Positions 9,794 to 18,812 of a stretch of DNA of 64,000 nucleotides are shown here, piece by piece. The stretch comes from Bdellovibrionota bacterium. Its GTDB lineage: Bacteria; Bdellovibrionota_C; UBA2361; JAAYZI01. Position 1 is the stretch's first letter. Every line of letters starts with the position of its first letter. The notes beneath the pieces were generated by a model, which saw nothing but the letters and a program-made list of their open reading frames with translations, had not been told where the DNA came from and made no database searches. The DNA lies in contig JBMNIF010000002.1 of NCBI GenBank assembly GCA_050950765.1, positions 960,001 to 1,024,000 of the forward strand, written 5' to 3'. A program made the position numbers and the translations under genes.

Positions 9794-11095
9794 ATGAATG
9801 ATGTAATTGCTATTACCGATATTAGAGATTTAGTAGGTGGAACCTTAAAAGGAATTGCTGAAGAGTGCTCCTTTATCGGGATAGAGACAGAGCTTGAAAA
9901 TATTCGAGGTGGTGAGCTCTTTATCAATTGCGCTCTACTGGGTGAAGATCTTCAAGAAGCTTTCGAAAGAGGGTGCGTAGCAGTTCTAACAAAAGAGGTG
10001 GAGGGACTTCCACAAGATGGCGCTTATCTCTTCGTTAGTGATTGTGATGAAGCGTTGCGGAAGATCGCCGTTTGGTGGCGCAGCCGTTTCTCTTTTCCTA
10101 TCGTAGCGGTGTATGACTCTGCTGTCACTGCAGCGTTGTTAGCCAGACTCCTTTTAAAAAGTGCACGAGGTGCATTTATTGCGGCAGATGAAGCGGATGC
10201 GAAATTCGCCTTTAAAGCTCTTTGTAAATTGCACGGTGAATGCGAGTGGGGAGTTTGCGAGTTGCAAGTAGGTGATCAAGACACCTTTGAAGCTTGGGCA
10301 CCTGATTTTGTTGTTGTATCTGAGGAGGACGCAAAAAATAAAACTTGGCCGTGCACACTTATAACCGTTTCTAAAGAAGAAAATAAGGTAAGTGTTATAA
10401 CCTCTGCTGCTACGCAAGATAAAGATTACGCCATAAGAGAGATACAATCAGATCCGTTGCTTGGTTGTTGCTTTAAGTTGTCTCTTAGTGAGGAGAAAAC
10501 TCTTTTTCTTAAAAGTACATTGATTGGTGCTTGGAGAGTTTATGAGATCGCTGCAGGTATTGTGGCGGCGCTGCAACTTGCACCACAACTTTCAGAGGAG
10601 CAGATCGTAGCAACTGTGAAACGCTTTAGTGTCTTACCTGGAAAACTAAATCTTAGATTATCGTGTCGTGGACGGATAATTATCGACGGATCATTAGCGG
10701 ATAATGCGAAGGTTGTTGGGTTAGCTTCTGAACTTAAAGAAAATACCTCTGTTGCTTTTGTGATGATGGATAGCGGGGAAGGTGTTGTTGCTAATGATGA
10801 TTCAAAAAAAAGATCTCTTCTGGATCAGATTGTAAAGCTTGCCCCTAAAGAGGTTGTTTTAGTTGGAGAGTTTCCGTTAGCAAGTACGATCTTTAAAGAG
10901 AGTGGAATCCAAGTTTTATCTGCGCCCTCTGTGAAAGTTGCGATTAATGTCGTTAATAAATTGGAAACTGAATATGTTTTTATAGCGGCAGCAAAAGGCT
11001 TAAGCTCTCTTGCTGAAGGGGTGCTTTTAATAGAAGGAGAGTCTGTTCCTGATACAATCTGTTCTTTGCCTATGGAGGAAAGTGAAGAAAAGTGA
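9794..11095 (+). CDS. Highly diverged MurF-like protein lacking the Mur-ligase P-loop
   Basis: In the murF position before mraY. Residual MurF-like segments (GGELFI, ALRKIAVWWRSRFSFPIVAV, GVCEL, PGKL...IIIDGS) but no GSxGKT and no DxYNANP. Confidence 0.7.
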   Translation: MNDVIAITDIRDLVGGTLKGIAEECSFIGIETELENIRGGELFINCALLGEDLQEAFERGCVAVLTKEVEGLPQDGAYLFVSDCDEALRKIAVWWRSRFSFPIVAVYDSAVTAALLARLLLKSARGAFIAADEADAKFAFKALCKLHGECEWGVCELQVGDQDTFEAWAPDFVVVSEEDAKNKTWPCTLITVSKEENKVSVITSAATQDKDYAIREIQSDPLLGCCFKLSLSEEKTLFLKSTLIGAWRVYEIAAGIVAALQLAPQLSEEQIVATVKRFSVLPGKLNLRLSCRGRIIIDGSLADNAKVVGLASELKENTSVAFVMMDSGEGVVANDDSKKRSLLDQIVKLAPKEVVLVGEFPLASTIFKESGIQVLSAPSVKVAINVVNKLETEYVFIAAAKGLSSLAEGVLLIEGESVPDTICSLPMEESEEK

Positions 11096-11236
11096 AATTT
11101 AAGGTGTGAATAAAGTGAGAAATGTTATTTTACCTTAATAATTTATAAAATAAGGGGGTCTCTCTGATTGATATTATCGTTTTTGGCTAATATAAATGGT
11201 GTGTCGATAAGTGATCTTTAAGAGGGGGGGGAATAA

Positions 11237-12328
11237 GTGCTATATCATCTTTTTAATTCTTTAGCCGTTAATGATTCTTGGTTGCGGGTTTTTCGTTATC
11301 AAACCTTTCGCGCAATGTTGGCATTTCTTTTTGCTTTTGCCTTTGTATTATTTTTCCAACCTGTTTTTATACGTAAGTTAAAAAGTATCGGCATTAAAGG
11401 GCAGCCGATTCGAGATGATGGACCTAAAGAGCATGAACAGAAGCGCGGAACTCCAACAATGGGGGGTGTAGTTGTTGTGACTGCTGTTGTTCTAGCGGCA
11501 CTTCTTTTTGCGGATTTAACGAATTTTTATGTTTGGTTAACGTTATTCGTATTTGTTTCTCATGCTGGGATAGGTTTTGTCGATGATTGGCGTAAAGTTA
11601 CACAACAGAATTCAAAAGGTCTTTCAGGCCCTCAAAAAATGTTCTGGCAGGGGAGTATCGCCATTATCGCTGCTTTAGCTTTGATGTGGTACGGCTTCCC
11701 AACTGATCTGCAATTCCCGTTCTTTAAAAATTGGGCGATTGAGTTAAATTATTGGCGTTTCTTACCACTTTTTATCCCGTTTGTTGTTTTGGTTGTGATG
11801 GGGACTTCAAATGCTGTTAATTTGACGGATGGTTTAGATGGTTTGGCGATAGGTCCTGTTATGACTGTCGCTGTAACGTATGGAATCTTTGCTTATCTCG
11901 CTGGTAATGCCAGCCACTCTGCATATCTTGGGGTGCAGTTTGTATCAGGGGTAGGTGAAGTTAGTCTGATTCTTGCTGCTGTTTTTGCCGCTGGACTAGG
12001 GTTCTTGTGGTACAATACATTTCCTGCGCAAGTCTTTATGGGTGATAGTGGAGCGTTAGCACTTGGTGGATTGCTCGGGATCGTTGCTATCTTGGTTAAG
12101 CATGAGATTGTGTTGGTAGTGGCAGGCGGTATCTTTGTTATAGAAGCGTTATCGGTGATTATTCAACGTTATTCTTATAAATTGCGCAAAAAACGGGTTT
12201 TTAAAATGGCTCCGATACACCATCATTTTGAGTTAAAAGGGTGGGCTGAGCCGAAGATTATCGTACGCTTCTGGATTATCTCAGTAGTCTTGGCGGTGCT
12301 ATCACTAGCAACGTTGAAATTACGTTAA
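11237..12328 (+). CDS. mraY: Phospho-N-acetylmuramoyl-pentapeptide transferase
   Basis: Motifs GTPTMGG, DD, NAVNLTDGLDGL, FMGDSG, APIHHHFE. Confidence 0.97.
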   Translation: MLYHLFNSLAVNDSWLRVFRYQTFRAMLAFLFAFAFVLFFQPVFIRKLKSIGIKGQPIRDDGPKEHEQKRGTPTMGGVVVVTAVVLAALLFADLTNFYVWLTLFVFVSHAGIGFVDDWRKVTQQNSKGLSGPQKMFWQGSIAIIAALALMWYGFPTDLQFPFFKNWAIELNYWRFLPLFIPFVVLVVMGTSNAVNLTDGLDGLAIGPVMTVAVTYGIFAYLAGNASHSAYLGVQFVSGVGEVSLILAAVFAAGLGFLWYNTFPAQVFMGDSGALALGGLLGIVAILVKHEIVLVVAGGIFVIEALSVIIQRYSYKLRKKRVFKMAPIHHHFELKGWAEPKIIVRFWIISVVLAVLSLATLKLR

Positions 12329-12389
12329 GATATTATTAAACGTGATCGTTTACAAAGTTGAAGAACTTTTCTCGCTTCTGATTTTGCGA

Positions 12390-12839
12390 TTAAAGATCTT
12401 CTTGCTCTTCTAAAGATAGTTTTATGCGGTTTTGGAGAGACTCAGTTGGATTCTCTCCGATGATAGCACAACAGGCTGTGGCAGCTTCAAGATTCTTTTC
12501 TGCTAAAACAGGGTCTGTATCGGCATCGTAATTTTTAATGTAAAAGCTACGTGCTTCTTCAGCTGCTGCTATTATTTTTAGGACGCTATCCGGACTTGGA
12601 AAGTCTTGACCATCGTGGATATCTTTTGCTTGCACAATGAAAGGTAGAGGGTCTTTTGCATTCCGTGCTAAACTTAAAAGGACTTCTATGCGTGCAGCTG
12701 CAGTAGCTTCCGATTCAGATAGGCATTGGCTAACTATCTCCGGAGTTAGGATAGCAGTTTCAGGAATGGAAGTGTCTGATAATTGGGTGGAACGGTCACT
12801 CTTTGAACTCTGTTTTCCTTTTCTTGAAATTCTTGCCAT
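12390..12839 (-). CDS. Hypothetical protein at the usual murD position
   Basis: 149 aa ORF with RBS (AGGAG), opposite strand to the dcw genes; no family recognised. Confidence 0.6.
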   Translation of the reverse strand: MARISRKGKQSSKSDRSTQLSDTSIPETAILTPEIVSQCLSESEATAAARIEVLLSLARNAKDPLPFIVQAKDIHDGQDFPSPDSVLKIIAAAEEARSFYIKNYDADTDPVLAEKNLEAATACCAIIGENPTESLQNRIKLSLEEQEDL

Positions 12840-13085
12840 ATCATTCTCCTAAAAACCTAAAAAGAACCCCCACTTCCAGATGTTTCTATTAAATTAAGAT
12901 GTCACTTCTTTCAAAAAGAAGCTCTGCTTTTTTAAATTAATACCTCTATTCTTCCATTTTTTATTATTTGTCTCGTTTAAGGGGTGTTTTCGGCGTTTTT
13001 CTTTATTTTTAGAATGGTAAGGGTGTGGTTTAATGGAGGGAGAGTACGAGTATTCTTTTTATGAGAATCCCTTTGGGAGACGGTT

Positions 13086-14240
13086 ATGTATTCAAATAAT
13101 CCGACGTTAATATTTAGTAAAAATCGAAAAGACCTGAAGCCACCACTACTTTTGGATCCGATCTTGTTGGCTGTGACTATCGCTCTGGTTCTGTTTAGCA
13201 TCGTGATGATCTATTCAACAACGGGAGTTACTTCACAAGAAAAATTTGGCGACTCCCTTTATTACGTTAAAAAACAGGGTGTGGCGGCACTTTTAGGATT
13301 CGTTTTGATGTATATTTTTGCGAAGCAGCCGTTGGATTTCTATCGAAGAATTTCCGTTTTTATGTATCCGCTATGCTTGGGGCTGCTGTTATTGACGTAT
13401 ATCCCAGGATTGGGCTCGGCATCTGGTGGCGCGCAACGGTGGTTAAATCTGGGCGGTCTGAATTTACAACCGGCGGAGTTTGTTAAAGTTTGTTTTGTTA
13501 TTTTTATTGCAGGTTTCTTCGCTAGACAAGAGAGAAATCTTGAAAGTTTTACAACGGCTCTCGTCATTCCGATGGTGTATTTTGCCCCGATTGCACTGTT
13601 GCTTTTGTTGCAACCAGATTTCGGAAGTACCGCTATCTTAACGATGGTTATTCTAGCGATGGCGTTGGCGGCGGGTGTAAAATTACGACATATATTAGTG
13701 TTGGGTGGCACCTGTTTGGCTATGTTGGGAGCTTTGATAGTAATCTCTCCGTATAGAATGACGCGTGTACTCACCTTTCTTTCTCCTATGCAGGATGTTC
13801 AGGGTAAGGGGTATCAACTTACGCAATCATTAATTACCGTAGCTGGTGGAAATTGGACAGGAACGGGACTCGGTGGAAGTGTACAAAAACTTTTTTTCCT
13901 CCCTGCTGCACATACTGATTTTATTTATGCAGTAATTGCAGAAGAGTGGGGGTTTCTCGGCGCTGTGACGGTTCTTGCGGCTTTTCTGATCTTTTTGGCA
14001 CGTGGGCTTAAAGTGGCATCCCGTTTAACAGATGATACATTCTCTTTTTCTCTGACTGTTGGCTTGACCTTATTAATAGTGGCTCCAGCGCTAATTAATA
14101 TGGGGGTTGTGACGGGGCTTTTGCCGACTAAGGGGTTAGTCTTGCCACTACTCGGATACGGTGGGTCGAGTATAATGACCTCACTCGCTATTGTTGGAAT
14201 TCTTTTAGCGTTGGCACGAGAGAGTAGAATTAAAATATAA
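13086..14240 (+). CDS. ftsW: SEDS peptidoglycan polymerase FtsW
   Basis: Motifs GAQRWL, QPAEFVK, QPDFG, GYQ, LPAAHTDFI, GYGGSS. Confidence 0.96.
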   Translation: MYSNNPTLIFSKNRKDLKPPLLLDPILLAVTIALVLFSIVMIYSTTGVTSQEKFGDSLYYVKKQGVAALLGFVLMYIFAKQPLDFYRRISVFMYPLCLGLLLLTYIPGLGSASGGAQRWLNLGGLNLQPAEFVKVCFVIFIAGFFARQERNLESFTTALVIPMVYFAPIALLLLLQPDFGSTAILTMVILAMALAAGVKLRHILVLGGTCLAMLGALIVISPYRMTRVLTFLSPMQDVQGKGYQLTQSLITVAGGNWTGTGLGGSVQKLFFLPAAHTDFIYAVIAEEWGFLGAVTVLAAFLIFLARGLKVASRLTDDTFSFSLTVGLTLLIVAPALINMGVVTGLLPTKGLVLPLLGYGGSSIMTSLAIVGILLALARESRIKI

Positions 14241-14289
14241 AAATAGATGAGGTCTATACATTATAAAATATGATCTGGAGAAGGGTGTC

Positions 14290-15441
14290 ATGAAAGGAGT
14301 TTGTGAAAACGATAAAGTTCAAAAAAACGCAGGTGTCGGTGTACGAGTTCTAATTGCAGCAAGTGGAACGGGAGGGCATCTCTTTCCGGCTGTTGATATT
14401 GCACGCGCTTTTCAGAAGATAGACGAAAAGGCTGAAGTGATGTTCGTCGGTTCAGGACGTTACTTAGAAGCTGAAATCATTGATAAAGCAGGATTTACCA
14501 GATCTGTAATCGATATAGTAGGGATAAAACAACGGGGCTTGAGTGGCTTAATCGAGTTTTGCATGAAGTTGCCAAGTGCGCTTTTGCAAGGTTGGGGGAT
14601 AATCTCTCGATTTAAACCTGATATTGTAATTGGAGTCGGTGGTTATGTTACTGTAATTCCGGTGGTTTTAGCGTGGCTTCGTGGAATCCCAACATGGATT
14701 CATGAAGCTGAAAGATCTCCAGGGATGGCTAACAGATTTTTAGCGCACATCTCTTACCGTATCTCAGTTGCTTTTCAAGATGCACAAGTTTCTCAACGTG
14801 ATAAAGTTGTTTATACCGGACAGCCGATAAGGGAAGTTTTTAAAGAGATCGCTGCGGAAAATAAAGAGGTAGATATACCGCGCAACTTATTAATAACCGG
14901 AGGATCGCAAGGAGCAAACGCTCTGGATACGGTTGCAGAGGCTTTAATACCGTTTTTTAAAGAGAAGAATTTAAATATCAGGCATCAGTGCAGGCAGGAA
15001 AATCTTGAGAAACTAAAAGCTGCTTATGCGGAGAATGGTGTCACTGCTGAGGTTATGGATTTTATTCAAGACCTGCCGGAATCTTATCGTTGGAGTGACC
15101 TTATAATTGCGCGTGCTGGTGCTGGAAGTACTATGGAGATCGGAGTGATTAATCGTCCGACCATCTTCGTCCCGTTCCCGTTCGCTCAAGGGAATCATCA
15201 ACTTAAGAATGCACAAATCCTTGCAGATGCTGGAAAAGCCTTAATTGTGGAGGAGGGAGATGAGTTCTGTAATAGATTAGAAAAAGCGTTAGCAGATCTC
15301 TTAACACCAGCAATTTATAATAAGATGAAGGCTGCTCCATACCGTTCAAGATCCCTTGATGCTGCCGAAAATATCGCTAAAGGGTGTCTAAAGATTTTAA
15401 AAATTAAAAAAGGTAAATTTTTTACCTCCGTAGAAAACTAG
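14290..15441 (+). CDS. murG: Lipid II GlcNAc transferase MurG
   Basis: Motifs GTGGH, GGYV, IHE, GGSQGA, RAGAGS, HQxxNA. Confidence 0.95.
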   Translation: MKGVCENDKVQKNAGVGVRVLIAASGTGGHLFPAVDIARAFQKIDEKAEVMFVGSGRYLEAEIIDKAGFTRSVIDIVGIKQRGLSGLIEFCMKLPSALLQGWGIISRFKPDIVIGVGGYVTVIPVVLAWLRGIPTWIHEAERSPGMANRFLAHISYRISVAFQDAQVSQRDKVVYTGQPIREVFKEIAAENKEVDIPRNLLITGGSQGANALDTVAEALIPFFKEKNLNIRHQCRQENLEKLKAAYAENGVTAEVMDFIQDLPESYRWSDLIIARAGAGSTMEIGVINRPTIFVPFPFAQGNHQLKNAQILADAGKALIVEEGDEFCNRLEKALADLLTPAIYNKMKAAPYRSRSLDAAENIAKGCLKILKIKKGKFFTSVEN

Positions 15442-15900
15442 CCGATCCGTTTTTCAGTTTGAGCCCGTTCAAGTGTCCTTAGAGGGTGCTGCCACTGGTG
15501 GGTGGCACCAAATTTTTAACCGCCGCCAAGATTTGACTGATCTGCCCAATCTGAAGGGTAAGCCCCTCAATTAGGACACCCACTTTTTGCTGAAGGGTGG
15601 CACCAAATTCGCCAAACCCCAACTTTTGCTAACATCTTGATATTACTAGCAGCCCTAAAGGGTGGCACCAAATTTTTAACCTCCGTAGAAATCTAGCCGA
15701 TTCGTTTTGCAGTTTGAGCCCGTCCTGTTGTCCCTGAAGGGTGGCACCAATTTTTTAACCTCCGTAGAAATCTAGCCGATTCGTTTTTCAGTTTGAGCCC
15801 GTCCTGCTGTCCCTAGTGGGTGGCTCCACCTACAAAGCCAGCTGATCCTCCCAATCTGAAGGGTGGCACCACTTTTGACTAAAAGTGGGTGTTATTTTTT
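15415..15900. repeat. Mosaic repeat array 1 (GGGTGGCACC core plus linker modules)
   Basis: Exact cores at 15500, 15595, 15660, 15739 and 15861; degenerate cores at about 15484, 15555 and 15818; linkers shared with array 2. Confidence 0.93.
15867..15900 (+). terminator. Hairpin plus T-rich tract upstream of aspS
   Basis: CACCACTTTT-GACT-AAAAGTGGGTG followed by TTATTTTTT. Confidence 0.55.
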
Positions 15901-15970
15901 AATCGCTTGCGCTATCTTTTGAGGAAGCTTTTGAAAAAGTGAGTGTTAAGTGTCAATGGTAGTGTAAGAG

Positions 15971-17761
15971 ATGGGGAAGATAACTCTAAAAAGTGTATAT
16001 AGAACTCATACCTGTAATGAGCTAGGGGCTAAAGATATCGGTAGCGAAGTAAAACTTTCCGGTTGGATTCAACGAAAACGAGACTTGGGTGGTGTTGTTT
16101 TTGTTGATTTGAGAGACCATTACGGAATTACGCAACTTGTTTTTTCTGAAGCAGATCGTGAACAAATTCAGGATATTCGTACGGAATCTGTTATTCAAGT
16201 TTCTGGTGTCGTTAAACAACGTGAGGTCGCTAATCAAAAAATCACGACAGGTGAAATAGAGGTGCACTGCTCCTCTCTCGAAGTGTTGGGTCCAGCTCAA
16301 ATGTTGCCGTTTCAGATAGCAGAAGATGATAATGCACCTGAAACAACGCGCCTCAAGTATCGATACCTCGATTTGCGACGTGAGAAGTTGCATAAAAATA
16401 TCGTACTACGTTCAAATGTGATTAGAGCTATGCGCGAGATTATGCAGGATCTGGGCTTCTTAGAGTTGCAAACGCCGATTCTAACTAGTAGTTCTCCGGA
16501 AGGCGCACGGGATTTCCTAGTGCCGTCAAGGTTTCATCCAGGGAAGTTCTTTGCCTTACCGCAAGCTCCGCAACAGTTTAAGCAGCTGTTGATGGTCTCT
16601 GGTTTCGACAGATACTTTCAGATTGCGCCGTGTTTTAGAGATGAAGATCCTAGGGCAGATAGATCCCCAGGAGAGTTTTATCAACTTGATATCGAGATGG
16701 CATTTGCAGATCAGGAAGATGTCTTTTCAGTAGTAGAAACGTGCCTTGATGAAGTGTTTGCACGTTTTTCTAAAAATACCTTTACACGCAAACCATTTCC
16801 ACGCATCTCTTTTGCTGATTCTATGGCTTGGTACGGTACTGATAAACCTGATTTAAGGGTTAGTGTTAAGTTGCAGGATGTAACGACGCTCTTTAAGCAA
16901 TCACACTTTAAAGTTTTTGCTTCTGAAATTGCTAACGGAGGTCAGATTATAGCGTTACCGTTTACAGTTGAGGCAGCACCGTCAAGAAAATTCTTTGATA
17001 ACACAGTAGCTGAATTTAAAGACCTTTGCGGAAAGGGGTTGGCGTATCTCATATTTGAAAACGGTGAATGTAGAGGAAGTATCTCGAAGTTTGTTTCTGA
17101 AGAAGAGGTTCAAGCATTAAAAACGGAGCTGCAATTTAAAGAAGATGGTGTAACCGTTGTCTTCCTTGCTGCTGGTGTAGCTAAAGATATTTTACCGTCT
17201 TTAGGTAAGTTGCGAGTTGAGTTGGGTAAACACTTCGATCAGATGGAACGTGATATCTTTAAGTTCTGCTGGATTACTGATTTCCCGATGTACGTACCAG
17301 ATGAGGAGACAGGCGCTGTAACTTTTAGTCATAATCCGTTCTCAATGCCGCAAGGTGGGATGAAAGCTTTAGAAGAACAAGATCCCTTTACTATTCTTGC
17401 TTATCAATATGATGTTGTTTGTAACGGTTTTGAATTGAGTAGCGGTGCTATTAGGAATCATCGACCAGATATAATGTATAAGGCTTTTGAAATCGCTGGA
17501 TATTCACAAGAGGTCGTTGATGAAAAATTCGGCGGTATGATTAACGCCTTTAAATTCGGAGCCCCTCCTCATGGCGGTATCGCCCCTGGTATCGACCGTA
17601 TCGTTATGTTACTTGCTGGAGAACAAACTATCCGTGAAGTTATCGCATACCCTATGGCGCAGACTGTGGAAGACCTGATGATGGGTGCGCCCTCGGTTGT
17701 TTCTGAAAAACAGTTAAGAGACGTGCATATTCAACTCGCCCCAATAAAAGAAGGCAACTAA
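15971..17761 (+). CDS. aspS: Aspartate--tRNA ligase
   Basis: Motifs YRTHTC, DLRD, PEGARDF, ALPQAPQQFKQLLM, FRDED, GAPPHGGIAPGIDR. Confidence 0.97.
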   Translation: MGKITLKSVYRTHTCNELGAKDIGSEVKLSGWIQRKRDLGGVVFVDLRDHYGITQLVFSEADREQIQDIRTESVIQVSGVVKQREVANQKITTGEIEVHCSSLEVLGPAQMLPFQIAEDDNAPETTRLKYRYLDLRREKLHKNIVLRSNVIRAMREIMQDLGFLELQTPILTSSSPEGARDFLVPSRFHPGKFFALPQAPQQFKQLLMVSGFDRYFQIAPCFRDEDPRADRSPGEFYQLDIEMAFADQEDVFSVVETCLDEVFARFSKNTFTRKPFPRISFADSMAWYGTDKPDLRVSVKLQDVTTLFKQSHFKVFASEIANGGQIIALPFTVEAAPSRKFFDNTVAEFKDLCGKGLAYLIFENGECRGSISKFVSEEEVQALKTELQFKEDGVTVVFLAAGVAKDILPSLGKLRVELGKHFDQMERDIFKFCWITDFPMYVPDEETGAVTFSHNPFSMPQGGMKALEEQDPFTILAYQYDVVCNGFELSSGAIRNHRPDIMYKAFEIAGYSQEVVDEKFGGMINAFKFGAPPHGGIAPGIDRIVMLLAGEQTIREVIAYPMAQTVEDLMMGAPSVVSEKQLRDVHIQLAPIKEGN

Positions 17762-18812
17762 CCCCGTCTTACTAGAGGGTGGCACTTTTTACGCCGTCCA
17801 GATCTAGCTAGCTCATTTTGTAGTTGCAGCCCGTTCAATCGTCCTTGAAGGGTGGCAGCAAAATCGCCAAACCCCAACTTTTGCTAACATCTTGATATCA
17901 CTAGCATCCCTAAAGGGTGGCACCAAATTTTTCGCCCCAATAAAAGAAGGCAACTAACCCCGTCTTACTAGAGGGTGGCACTTTTTACGCCGTCCAGATC
18001 TAGCTAGCTCATTTTGTAGTTGCAGCCCGTTCAATCGTCCTTGAAGGGTGGCACCAAATTTTTAACCTCCGTCCAGATCTAGCTAATTCGTTTTTTAGTA
18101 TCACCCCGTTCAATCGTCCTTGAAGGGACTTTTAGCTGTTGGGTGGCACCAAATTTTTAACGTCCTTGAAGGGTGGCACCAAATTTATCCAGTCGCCTAA
18201 GCCGTCAAAGCAGCAAAAAAAGAAGGGTAGCACCAAATTTTTAACCTTCGTCGAAATCTAGCCGATTCGCTTTTCAGTTTGAGCCCGTCCTAGCGTCCCT
18301 GAAGGGTGGCACCAAATTTATCCAGTCGACTTTTGCTAACATCTTGATATCACTAGCATCCCTGAAGGGTGGCACCAAATTTTCCTCCAAATTTTTAACC
18401 TCCGTCCAGATCTAGCTAACTCGTTTTGTAGTTGCAGCCCGCAATCGTCCCTGAAGGGTGGCACCAAATTTTTTACCCAGCCTTCCAATTAGGACACCCA
18501 CTTTTAGCTGAAGGGTGGCACCAAATTTTTAACCTTCGTACAGATCTAGCTAATTCGTTTTTTAGTATCACCCCGTTCAATCGTCCTTGAAGGGTGGCAC
18601 CAGATCTGCCAATTTCTAAGTTTTAGCTAACATATTGATATTATTACTAGCCTTGAAGTACTAGCCTTGAAGGGTGGCACCAAATTTATCCAGTCGCCTA
18701 AGCCGTCAAAGCGGCAAAAAAAGAAGGGTGGCACCAAATTTTTAACCTTCGTCGAAATCTAGCCGATTCGTTTTTCAGTTTGAGCCCGTTCTAGCAGCCT
18801 TGAAGGGTGGAG
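17736..18812. repeat. Mosaic repeat array 2, about 16 cores in one orientation
   Basis: GGGTGGCAC(C) or close variants at 17777, 17850, 17915, 17973, 18046, 18141, 18171, 18225, 18304, 18367, 18456, 18513, 18592, 18672, 18726 and 18805, joined by recurring linker types. Confidence 0.95.

Noticed and set aside
17736..18812. CRISPR array
   Set aside because: The conserved core is only about 10-20 bp, spacing is irregular (30-95 bp), the intervening sequences recur rather than being unique, and no cas genes are in the window.
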